Part shown: piece by piece, positions 22,337 to 33,824 of the stretch
Position numbering within the stretch: position 1 is the first letter of the stretch
Layout of the letters: each line of letters begins with the position of its first letter
Assembly: GCA_026025795.1 (NCBI GenBank)
Contig: JAPEUG010000177.1
Span: 1-33,824, forward strand
Source: Thelocarpon superellum
Taxonomy: Eukaryota
DNA length: 33,824 nucleotides
Direction: 5' to 3'
Program-made: the position numbers and the translations under genes
Notes under the pieces: generated by a model
Database searches by the model: none
What the model saw: only the letters and a program-made list of their open reading frames with translations
Told to the model about the DNA's origin: nothing

Positions 22337-23721
22337 AAAACGAGACAGGGCCACGTCTTGTACTCGCACTTGTGCACCGGATGAAAGGCTCTGAGCGACG
22401 GCAGGGCCACGATCGCGGCGTGGTGGGCCCTGGATAATAACAGGACAGTACTATTGCCACGTCCGCTACGCTGCGGCGTGCTCGGGGTCTGGTAGCGCGG
22501 CGCACGTGGCCTGTGGCCCCTCAAAATCGACGATAGGGAGTGCGCCCAACACAGGGAGTGGTCCAGCACCCGACAGGGGTCAATTGATTGCAGCAATCAT
22601 CAGATCCTATTTGCCCTTTCCGGCCAGTGAGGGGAAGGCGCCCAGCGTCCGGCCAAGGGGTGCTCCCGCGACCGTACTGCAGGATCGCTAGCCGCTGTGC
22701 CCTGCCAACGACGATGGCTGCCATCTCGCTCTAGTAAGGCAACGGAGCCGTCCATACTTTCTACCAATGGTATGAATACGAGACCCCATAGCTAGTCGTC
22801 CACGATCGCGGCCATGAGGAAGAGCCTGCCCTGGAATGAGGCATACACGATCAATTGCAACCTGTTGCAGCGCAGCCCACTGTCATCTTGAGCGCAAATT
22901 CGCTCGGCGCTTGTGCCACTTCAGCAGCGCACTCTTTTCATTTACGGACAGTTCACCGTTTGCGGACCACAATGTATCGTGGACAATGTAGCGATCTCGT
23001 GCTGACATCGTGGCTTGGTGCATCAGTGTTGCGCCATTTCGTCTTGCCCCTGGCGTTTCGGGGTCGAGATGCGTCTACCGCCGACCGTAGGTACGGTTGG
23101 TGATGGAGGCAAGGAACAGGCAGCATTGCGAGTAAAAACGGGAGAGCGTCGTTTGGGCAGCGGGGGATTATCTAGCCCGGCGGCAGCGGGCTCGGCGAGC
23201 GGTCGCCGCGCTCCCCTTGACTGTTCCGAGTAAGCGACACGCAGCAGGGCCGATGGCAGGTGGCAGAAGCGCTCCCTCGCCCTGCCTGTTTGCTGAGTTC
23301 GGGCTGCACGTTTTACGCTTCTCCGGCTACCTATGGCGGTGGACGGTCGGAGGGTCGGGCGCAAGCGAAGGGTTGCAGTCAGTGACGTCCGACGTGCATG
23401 CTAACCATTCAGCTAATTGGCATGCCTGTGCTCGTCACGGGCGCTACCACCACTCTTCCCGGATCACGCACGACTCGACCAAGATTTGATCAGGCCACAG
23501 CATACAGCGGACCGACCATCGCGCCAACCTCTCCTCCACCATCCTCTACCTTCGCGCCGACCCACCGGAGTCCATTCGCTTCTTCCCTCCCATTCACCCT
23601 GCTTGGAGTCCGTTCTTAGCTCGATTGACCGCTCCCCCCGCACCCTCGCGACGATCTGTGACCCTGCCCCGCAGAGCCCCGCCGCGCCTGCAGCTGATCG
23701 GCCGCCGCTCCCCACGCCAAT

Positions 23722-25298
<1,577 letters not shown>

Positions 25299-25857
25299 CC
25301 CTCTCTCATGTCCTGCTGCGGCTGGTTTCTTCGGGCTTGGAAGCAGGGACTTCCATCCTGGCTGCCGTACGTTCTCGGCTAGCATCGTCGTGGATGCTGG
25401 AGGATGTATGCGTGCGACTCTTTCCTGTGACGACCCTTGTAGACATGACCGGAATGAGCAGGCGAGTCCCGACGAGACAGGTGGATCGGTGTCTCCGCTC
25501 CTCCACCGCCGCGTCGTGGTAGGGTGACGTAGCTGCAGATGCGACCGTACACGGTGGTCCGCATGCTGGACAGTTGATGGGGTTCGGGATGAAATAGCCA
25601 GGCCGTCCGATAAGGTCGTGTTGCCTTGGATGAGCTGTGTGATGCAGATCCATCGCAACCGATATGTTCAAGTTGCTGAGTGCGGGCGTTTCGCCAACAC
25701 GGAATTCTGACGAGCAGACAAGCTTGAAGCTTCATACCCCTCCACCATCCAACGTAACGTGGGCCCCCACCTGAACGACGATAGGAGATGCACGCTCGTT
25801 ACTTGCAGAGGACCTTCCCAGTCCATTCATGCCACTCCGCCCCCCATCATTCTTAAG

Positions 25858-28800
25858 ATGACGGCCTCCCGCGGCTTCACTCCGCTTGTGACCGTCGTTG
25901 GCTTCCACCATGCTAGGTCTGACTCTCACCCCCCCCGGAGCTGTACAAAAGCAAGTTCAAGCTAATCGATGGCGCAGAGGTCCCGAAGTAGAGATATGGT
26001 TTGGCGCCGAGAATGGTCACGATCCCGCCGCCGACAATGAATGGTCCCTTCTTCCGTTCATGGCCTTGTCCGACGGGGCGCACACGCAAGTGCCCCCCAC
26101 CTCTCCCGAGTCCACCCACGATCCTCCTCAGTATGACGGCTGACAGAATTTGCTGCAGCTCGATGGAAGACTTTTCCTACTTTACTCTTCGTCAAGCGGC
26201 AACAGGCACTACAGCAGCCACGTCGTTGTTTGGCATCTCCTGCACTCGACAGCTCAATGCCAACCAATTGATTGACCGTCCCACCGATGTCACCCGCTCG
26301 ACCGTGCAGAAGGCGGTCGTTGTCATCACTGATGGCCCACAAACCTTTGGTCAGGTGCGGGAGAAATTGTCCATGGTCACCAAGGCCTGGTTTGCCCAGA
26401 AGTGAGTTACTCCACAAATAGGGCGCGGGTGGGGCTAACGGGAAGCGCCACGAACCATCCACAGAGACTTTACAGACATGGAAATCCTAAAAGTTGGTTC
26501 TTCGATCATCTGATTTTTGCCGGCGCTGACCCTGGAGCAGAAATTCCAAGAAAGTCTGACCTACAACCTCAGCGACAATGAAGAGGACAAGGACCAATAT
26601 CTGGGTATGCGGTGATGAGCTGTGTTGATGTGATGTGGCTAACCGACCCAGGACTGTCTTTACGCGAGTTGATTCATGATTTCAAGCATCAGACGCTGGT
26701 TCTCCTTAAGTGCTGTCTCTTGCAACCGAAGGTGGGGATTGGTGTGCATCAAGTGCCCGTCTGAGATGCTGATTGGAACACAGATGCTATTCTTCGGATC
26801 ACGATGTGAACGGTTGTGCATGATGCAATTCTCTCTGATCTCATTGATACCTGGCTTGATCCGTAATCTGCAAGATTGTGCCGATCCGGAAATGGACACC
26901 TATCGCGAAAACCTTGTTCGACCGACGTCGTTGAAGACGAGTGAAAGGAATTCGTGTGAGTACGGGTGTGCGAGATGCTGCACTAAGCTCACCAGTGACG
27001 ATAGTATTGTCATACATGGGGCTTCCGTTGCAGATCTTTGGCAAGGTTTGTAATATCCTCTTTGCGACAGATGTTCTTACTGAGAGGATGGATAGGGAAG
27101 TCTGTTCGGGCCATACACTCCGCTACAGCAGCTCGATCTTCTCGCCGACTTTGGGACCAAGTCGTACATTGTGGGATCGACAAACTCACTCCTGCTACAA
27201 CAAAAGGATCGATACAGTGACATCCTGATCAATGTACGTGTGGTCGAGGCTTATGACGGTCCGTGGTTGACGGACGATTCAGCTGGACGAAGAATCGATC
27301 CACATCACATCCACCGCCTTGCGAACAGCCCTTGCCTTGTCGGTGGCCGATCGACGATGGATTGACTTTCTCACTCAGTCGGTGCAGGACACGTGGGACG
27401 ACGGTGAGTGCGACAAGTCAATAATGGAGAAAATAGCTAAGGTGAATATAGCAAATCCAAGTCGACCGAAGATGATGGGCTATGTCGGCAGTGAGGAATT
27501 CATTCGACTGCAGTTTGAAGAGTACCTCCTGTCTCTAATCTCGTCGGTGAAATACCACATCTTTCTCCAAGACAAGCACAGCGACCCTCGGGCATTATTA
27601 TCGGACGTCGGTATGTTCGTCTGCTGAGTGGGGTGAAGTGGACTCACAGGACGTAGAAGGCGATCCGTCGACGGACTTCGGCGCTGAGTGGGTTCAAGCA
27701 TGGAGGCGAACGGAGAACTATCAAGTTTTTCACGATTACACGGGTAGACAACTCTCATCCCGAGAAACGACCTCGCTGACGGGGGTAGATTCGCATCTAT
27801 TCGACATTGTTGAGCCTCGTCATCCGTGTGCCGGGGGATTAACGATCGAGGACGTACAACGGCGATTGGCTCAGTATGTTCACGAGGGTCCCAAGTGTGT
27901 CTCCAACATGATGACTGACTTCTCTCCAGGCAGGTATCGGAATTACACCTCGACGAGCGATTCCACACGGGCAAAGAGGTGTTAGGCAAGCACTTGGCCA
28001 CGTCGCAGAAGAAGGTGTCGTCGGCGTTCAAGGAGATATGGGCCGACATCGAAGTAATGCGAGAAGCGCAGCGCAAGAGACACGAAGAACGGCAAGCGGC
28101 CGCGGAAGCTGAGGGAGGGGGAGCAGCCGAAAAGAGCAGCAGCAGTAGCAGCCGAGGTAGCCCATCTCTTCCTTGGCTTTCGTGTCCCTCCACTAAGCTC
28201 AGCAGTGATACCGCCCGCGACCCTCGCTACAGCTCAAGCGTCGATGAACGCGGCATCGTCACGCGCAGGGGCGTACATCTCGTCCTGGACCAGCTGGGCG
28301 GGGGAGAAGCGCAAAGGCGGCTGGAGCACGGGCGGAAGCAGCAGCATCGCGCAGTCGCCCAGCGCATCGCCATCCATGGGCGCCAGTCCGCGATTTTCTC
28401 GACCTAACTTATCGACCTCCACGTCCGCCCCGGCTCTAAGCCCCCATCCCACACGACTACCTACCTCTACGACGACACCGACAACGGGGACGGGGACGGG
28501 GACGGGGACGGGGTCAGGAACAGGCACGACGCGATTAAAGCGGCGAAGTGGGCAGCTCTCGCCCAAGGGCGATGGTGAATTTGGTCTCATGCCGTTGACG
28601 CTGGGCAGTAAGACTATTCGAGAAGATCGAGAGGGCGGGGGAGGAGGAAAGGAGGGGACGGAGGAGAAGAAGACGATGCAGCGTGACGATGACATGATTG
28701 GACCAGTCCGTGCTACCACCGCTCCAACATCAGAGACGGAGACGGAGATGGAGACGGCGAAAGAGGAGGAACCGGAGGAGGAAATGAAGCGGGACAAAGC

Positions 28801-28858
28801 GGAGGTAGAGGCGGAGGGAAACGAGAAAGGGGCCAGCAAGATTGACACGACAGCGTGA
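25858..28858 (+). CDS. AVL9: Late secretory pathway protein Avl9 (DENN-related)
   Basis: 15 exons: 25858-25916, 25978-26085, 26159-26401, 26465-26492, 26541-26604, 26652-26731, 26784-26955, 27005-27045, 27096-27233, 27283-27403, 27452-27610, 27657-27743, 27789-27873, 27930-28156, 28206-28858. Motifs VVGFHHARGPEVE, LPFMALSDGAH, SLFGISCTRQ, VTRSTVQKAVVV, SLISLIPGL, GLPLQIFGKGSLFGPYTPLQQ, GSEEFIRLQFEEYL. Confidence 0.95.
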
Positions 28859-28961
28859 CGAAGGAAGGAAAGAAGGAAGTAGGGAAGAGGGAGGGGGGGG
28901 GCGGGGAATAATGCAAGGAGATGACGACAAACGGCCTTGCATTCTACAGTCGATTGGTTGG

Positions 28962-29287
28962 TCAGTCAGTCAGTCAGCGAGCTAGCCGGCTATCACATGA
29001 AGCATGCGAGGATCTTCTCTCGAGACGCATCAATTCGGACCATGGGATAGGTGCATGCCATTAGGACTCGTCTCTCCATCTGTAACGAGCGTCTGCGGCG
29101 TTTGTATCTGTGCCATTGCCATTGCCATTGCCACGTCGCTGTCGCTGCCGCTGTCGCTGTCGTTGTCTCCCCCACTTCGGTTTCGACTCCACTCGGCTCT
29201 CACTCTGAGATCTAGTGCCCGTGTTCATCAAGAGCATCTCGTCCATTGCGGTGTCTTGCATCCTGCATCCTCTCTCTCTCTCTCTCT
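28962..29287. repeat. Microsatellite cluster between the convergent AVL9 and CUL1 3' ends: (CAGT)n, (CATTGC)3, (GCTGTC)-like, (CT)n
   Basis: Read directly at ~28962-28977, ~29114-29131, ~29135-29165 and ~29271-29287. Confidence 0.85.
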
Positions 29288-29407
29288 ATGTTGTCCCTTT
29301 CTTCCTCCGCACTTTCCATGCCGAGCAATGTCCATGCAATACGAAATTCATTACTTCTCCACCACCCAGTGACCGACACATCCACGCAATGAAAGGACCG
29401 GATCAAT

Positions 29408-32223
29408 CTACGCCAGATAGCCCAACTCGTCATCGTCGAGTCGCTCGAGATACTCGCGCTCCAGCAGAATGTCGATGCACTTCTTGATGTCCTTGGGGTT
29501 CGGCGTGAAGCGGGACCGGATCTGCGAGATGGTCTCTTGCACCAGCTGCACGTGCTTCATCTTGCGTCGTGACTTCATGATGCGCACAATGGCCGACTAT
29601 AATACCCGTGGTCAGTCTTGCGCTCACGCGAGGGAGGGGAGAGAGAGCGTGTGGGAGAGAGGGAGAGAGGGGGGGGGGAAAGGGAGAGAGGGAGAGAGGG
29701 AGAGAGAAAGGCGACACGCAAGCTTACCTGCATCAACAATTTCCGGTCCTCTTCAATGTTCTTGTGTGTGTCTTCCACCTCTTGCTTCTGCTCCGACTTG
29801 ACAGCGATGTTGAGATTGACTCGCACCTTTTTATTCTTGAAGCCGTGGTTCAAGGCAAAGTGGGCGCCCGACTCGATCTTGGCCCCCTCGGGCTCGATCG
29901 TGAGCACCTTGGCCTTGAGGAAGACGCCCAGCGAGGGGTCGAGCATCTCCTTGCTGAGCGCCGTCGACTTCTCAACCTCGTCGTAGGAGACGGTGTCGTT
30001 GTCGTTGAAGAGCAGCAGGATGGCCATCTGATACGTCGACACCTGGAAGGTGTACGGCGTCTTGGTCCCCTTGATGTAATTGGCCCTAATCTCGCCCTTG
30101 CACAGGTTCCACAGCCACGTGAGCTTGCGTCCGCTATGCTTCTCGAGGTAGAACTTCTGGAAGCGCTCGTAAGTCTTGACAATCACATCCGGGGGGATGA
30201 AGGGCGTGTTGGGCGGCGAGAGCGGCCAGAAGCCCGTCCCGAGCACGTGATAGGAGGTGTCGACCGCCTTGCGCAGGTCCTCATCGTCCAGCGCTTGATC
30301 GACAAAGTCTTTGTAGGCGCCGTTGAGGTCCTTGGAGATCTGGATGTCTTGGAACATGCGCTGCAGCTTGTTGGTGTACTCGAATCCACAGGCTTCTTTC
30401 AGCTTGCTGATCATGCTGGTCTCCGCGTCGTCCGAGGCCGAGGCCGTGTGCACCAACCGCTTGGCCAACATGCGCGAGTAGAACTTCTGGAACACGTCCT
30501 TGTCCTCGATGTACTTGAACACCGTCATCTGCTGCTGTCAGGACCACGGACCAGGCACGCCGGGGTGTACCCTCACAATCTGCACCAGCATGTTCTCCAG
30601 ATCCGACTCCTCCGCACTCTTGGTGCTCTTCTTGAGCAAGGAATCCGTGTACTTGGCCAACAACTCCGGCGACTTGGAGGATCCTTGTCGGCATACGTCG
30701 TTGCGGTTGACAAACTCTCGACAGGCGTTGTCGAGGGATCGTACGAATTCCGACTCGCCCAGGAAGGCCTGGTTGACCAAGGCCTGGTATTGCGAGTGGA
30801 CCTCGAGCAGCGCATCCACGTACACCTTTGGCTCCAGATTCTCTCCCGCACCCGTCACCTTCTCCACCGCCAGCAGGCCCGCCTTTCGTACGTGCGCCTC
30901 GAATTTGGTCCGGAGCGGCTCCAGTCCATCGGGGATGCGTGAGAGCAGCCGATACATGCGCGCCAGATCCTCTTGTCGTTCGTTGTCAAGCAGCACCTGG
31001 AACTCGTCGCGAAGCAACGCCGAATGCTCGGCAATCAGAACGGTTTGACATGCCCGCATCAGGGGAGTCATGATGTCCGGGTGAAGGTAGAGCCCCACGC
31101 GATCCTTTTCCTCGTCCAATCGCGCTTCGGCCTACATATGTCAGACGAGCAACTCACCCGCCCGCGTACGGCACCCACCTTCTTCATGTATTCCACCACG
31201 CTGTTCTCCGCGACGAACTGCTTCGACTCGTTCTGGTAGTACTTTGTCGTCGCCTCGAGAAACGGCTTCTCGAAGTTGAAGCGGTAGACGTCCAGCGTAG
31301 ATTTCGTGGGGTCACTCTCATCCATCCCCAGCGAGACTATCTTCGTCAGCGAAACGGGACCCGACAAGCGCGACAACCGGACCTACCAAAGGAATCGACG
31401 ATGCTCTTGATCTGAGCCTGCTCAATCGTCTCGCCATTCCGCTGGCGCTCGACCATGCGCAGGACCGAGGCCATGACGCTCTCCTGGACGTGGGTGAAGA
31501 GATCAACCCGCCAGCGTACCAGATGGAGGGTGTAGACGTCGTAGACATTCTTCTTCCCCTCGTCCATCTCTCGCTTGACCCAATGTCGATTCAGATAGCG
31601 GAAGAGATGGTGGATGTACTCGGCCGCAGTCGTGTATCGATCCCATTCTCGGATGTAGAAGGTCAGCAAGGCCTCATCCGTGTGGGTCTGCGACTGATTG
31701 TTGATGGCTTGGAGATGGTCGGTGAGGTACGCGATGAGGTTGTTGTACAGATCTTCGCCGAGAAGGTGAGCTGCGGCATGTCAGCGCGAGGCTTCGTGAT
31801 CAGATGTTGCCAGGGCGATCTTGATACCTCCACGATGTGCCCCGCCGCCCGCGTTGCCCGGAGGCGCGTTGACGGCTTTCTGTGACGTGCAGAAATTGTG
31901 GACGGCTCTACTTCTAGTCAGACACACGGCCATCGAGGGCGGCCGGAGACTCTCACGTGTAGACTCCCATGTACTACCTCCCACCGGCTTAGCTGCGGTC
32001 GAGGAGAGCCGAGCGGGACCCACGTACCGTGATCATGTCCACGCCGTCTTGAAGATTGAGCATGATCTTGGAGATTCCCGCCTCGAGGTATTTCCACCTG
32101 CGCCGTCCTCCTGCGTGAGCTTGATCGCGAACGACAACGGACAGGACTGAAGGAAGTCTGCCGGGCCACTCACGTCGCGTTGAGATCTTCCCTATTGGGC
32201 GTCGGCGGCATAGCGGCCGGCAT
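29408..32223 (-). CDS. CUL1: Cullin-1, scaffold of SCF ubiquitin ligases (CulA/Cdc53)
   Basis: 9 exons: 32223-32174, 32097-32028, 31973-31957, 31907-31828, 31770-31387, 31336-31179, 31131-30577, 30528-29728, 29596-29408. Motifs YMGVYTAVHNFCT, FRYLNRHWVKRE, KSPELLAKYTDSLLKK, FKYIEDKDVFQKFYSRMLAKRL, HSGRKLTWL, neddylation site AIVRIMKSRR, C-terminal YLA. Confidence 0.98.
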
Positions 32224-33013
32224 CGTGGCGATGGAGACGTCGAAAGCGAGAGAAGAGACGGGAGTAGAGCTGGGATGTCAGGGTGGAGTTCCGTGCGAGC
32301 CGTCGTCGGGCCGGGGCTGGTGGCCAGCGGCCTGGCGGAGCACGACCTCACCGACCCTCCGAGGTCGTGGCGAAGTGAGTGGAGAGCACAGCCGGCCGGG
32401 TAGACGATGTTCTCGTGCACTAACGGTAGAGAAGTGGAACCGACCACAGGGCAGCTCGACAGAGAGCCGCAGAAGCTATGGTCAGAGCCCAGTCGAGGAG
32501 ATCGACGAGGTCGATGGTGGGAGGCCAGGTCAAGTGGGTCCGATACCATCGCCGAAGCAGTCCACTCATCAACGCAGGCGACAGTGTCAGGTATCGACTT
32601 AGCTATGCCCGGTAGCCGCTTCGGCAATGGCGCCCTCGCTTCCATCACTGGGCGGTTGGCTCGAACAACAAGACAGTCGGCAAGCGCCCGCGTGTGTCGG
32701 CAGATTCCGTGTCCTTTCGCGCAGTCCACCTACGAGTCGATGTCGATCGTTGGTCCCGCTTAAGATTGCGTGGGGAAGCCGAGACAACTCCTGCGGTGTC
32801 GTGAATCTATGGCAAGTCTGCGTCAGCTAAGGCTGCGTAAAGCAGCCGCGTGAGGAGGTGCGGGTGGCACGGGCTGCTGGACATAGACATAGATGCGGTA
32901 CTTTGACACGATCCCATTCAGCTGCGCTAACATTCTCCACAGAATTTACTCTGCGAAGTGAAGACGACGATTCTTGACGAGCACGAGGGTGACAGTGAGT
33001 AGAATCGAGGCGA

Positions 33014-33552
33014 GACTGCCGGCCCCATCTCTCCGTACGCGGGATCGCACTCAACCAAGCGAGGCCCTTTCGACGCTCAACCTTCACCTACTCTCCCTCC
33101 TTTCCGTAGCACACGTTCCATTGGCATCCGATGGGATACGTTCCGACCATCTCGAAGGCTCCCTCCACGTCCTGGAGCAGACGGTGGCCTGCTCCGGCAG
33201 GAACTAGGATGACATCCCCTACGGCCACTACCGGCGCCACCCGCTCCGGGTTCTCCTCACAGCCGCAACACAATCGCGCCTTGCCTTTCGAAAGGCAGGG
33301 GACCTCGTGGCTGGTGCTGTGGAAATGGCTGGTCGAGTACATGCTATACCGTCACTAGGGCGTGACGACTCCGAGACTGGTGAGGTGCGATTCGATAGCC
33401 CCCGCCGTAACGGTCGGAGGGAGAGCGGCATGGTAGATCAGGAGAGGCCGGTGCTGAAGGGATGTGTTGGGCAGCAAGCCGTGGCGAGGAATAGCCAGTC
33501 GCGACACCCGTAACTCCGCCTGTGGCGTAAGAGACAACGTTTGGCCGGCCAT
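33014..33552 (-). pseudogene. Disabled cupin-domain gene (YjlB-like family)
   Basis: One frame from ATG 33552 reads ...PRHGLLPNTSLQHRPLLIYH...GVVTP-TAG-TGA-RYSMYSTSHFHSTSHEV...GDVILVPAGAGHRLL...EMVGTYP...CYGKEGE-TAG-VKVE...LAW. After a frameshift near 33053 it continues ECDPAYGEMGPA. Both cupin motifs are recognisable. The 3' boundary is approximate. Confidence 0.82.
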
Positions 33553-33824
33553 GTCCGATCGCTTCGTTCTCTACATCGGGTGGAAAGAATTGCATGCAAC
33601 AGGCAGACTTCCTTTCGTCTTCCGTGATGGGAGGCTGACATGTTACCGAGCACCGTCATGACGACGCTACAAGGGTCATGTGTGCAGGCATCGTGCATCC
33701 GCCTGCCATCTCGCTCACGTCCTAGACACGTTGTCAAGCATTGCCGGCTCGCTCCTACTCGCAGATCCGGTTCAGTCAAATTCCCACCTCCACACATGCC
33801 CAAGTGCCCACACGCCCACACGCC

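Noticed and set aside
29597..29727. Longer introns (CUL1 131 nt, ThDP gene 124 nt) as snoRNA hosts or stwintrons
   Set aside because: The extra length is CT-rich simple sequence. I found no C/D or H/ACA box pairs and no nested donor/acceptor set.
29608..30942. 444-aa plus-strand ORF, and similar long ORFs opposite the KH, GPH1, HOG1 and AVL9 genes
   Set aside because: Antisense shadows of GC3-rich coding exons, with no recognisable motifs.
33352..33357. Tandem TAG-TGA as A-to-I-edited premature stops or as a sign of stop-codon reassignment
   Set aside because: Editing would give W-W rather than the expected Q-W and cannot repair the downstream frameshift. All ten other genes use TAA/TAG/TGA as normal terminators with no internal stops.

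Overview
Gene-dense, GC-rich window from a filamentous ascomycete (Pezizomycotina), with many short (45-130 nt) spliceosomal introns. By hand-splicing I reconstruct ten genes and one pseudogene. In order: the 3' end of a ThDP(TPP)-dependent enzyme (+); a multi-KH-domain RNA-binding protein (-); an intronless ~856-aa disordered protein (-); a HAD pyrimidine 5'-nucleotidase (+); a TLC-domain membrane protein (-); glycogen phosphorylase (+); a group III G-alpha (-); the Hog1/SakA MAPK (+); AVL9 (+); cullin-1 (-); and a disabled YjlB-like cupin (-). I see no RNA genes, CRISPR arrays or intact mobile elements. The most notable observations are: (1) the GPH1/G-alpha III/HOG1/AVL9/CUL1 block, which appears to be an ancient syntenic signalling neighbourhood; (2) relaxed splice signals among the 57 inferred coding introns (5 AAG acceptors, 6 donors lacking +5G, 1 GC donor, 3 stop-free in-frame introns, one inside the phosphorylase active-site motif); (3) a cupin pseudogene with tandem TAG-TGA stops; (4) a head-to-head GTCGC/GCGAC periodic array in the divergent G-alpha/HOG1 intergenic region. 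Exon coordinates are manual inferences, not transcript-validated.
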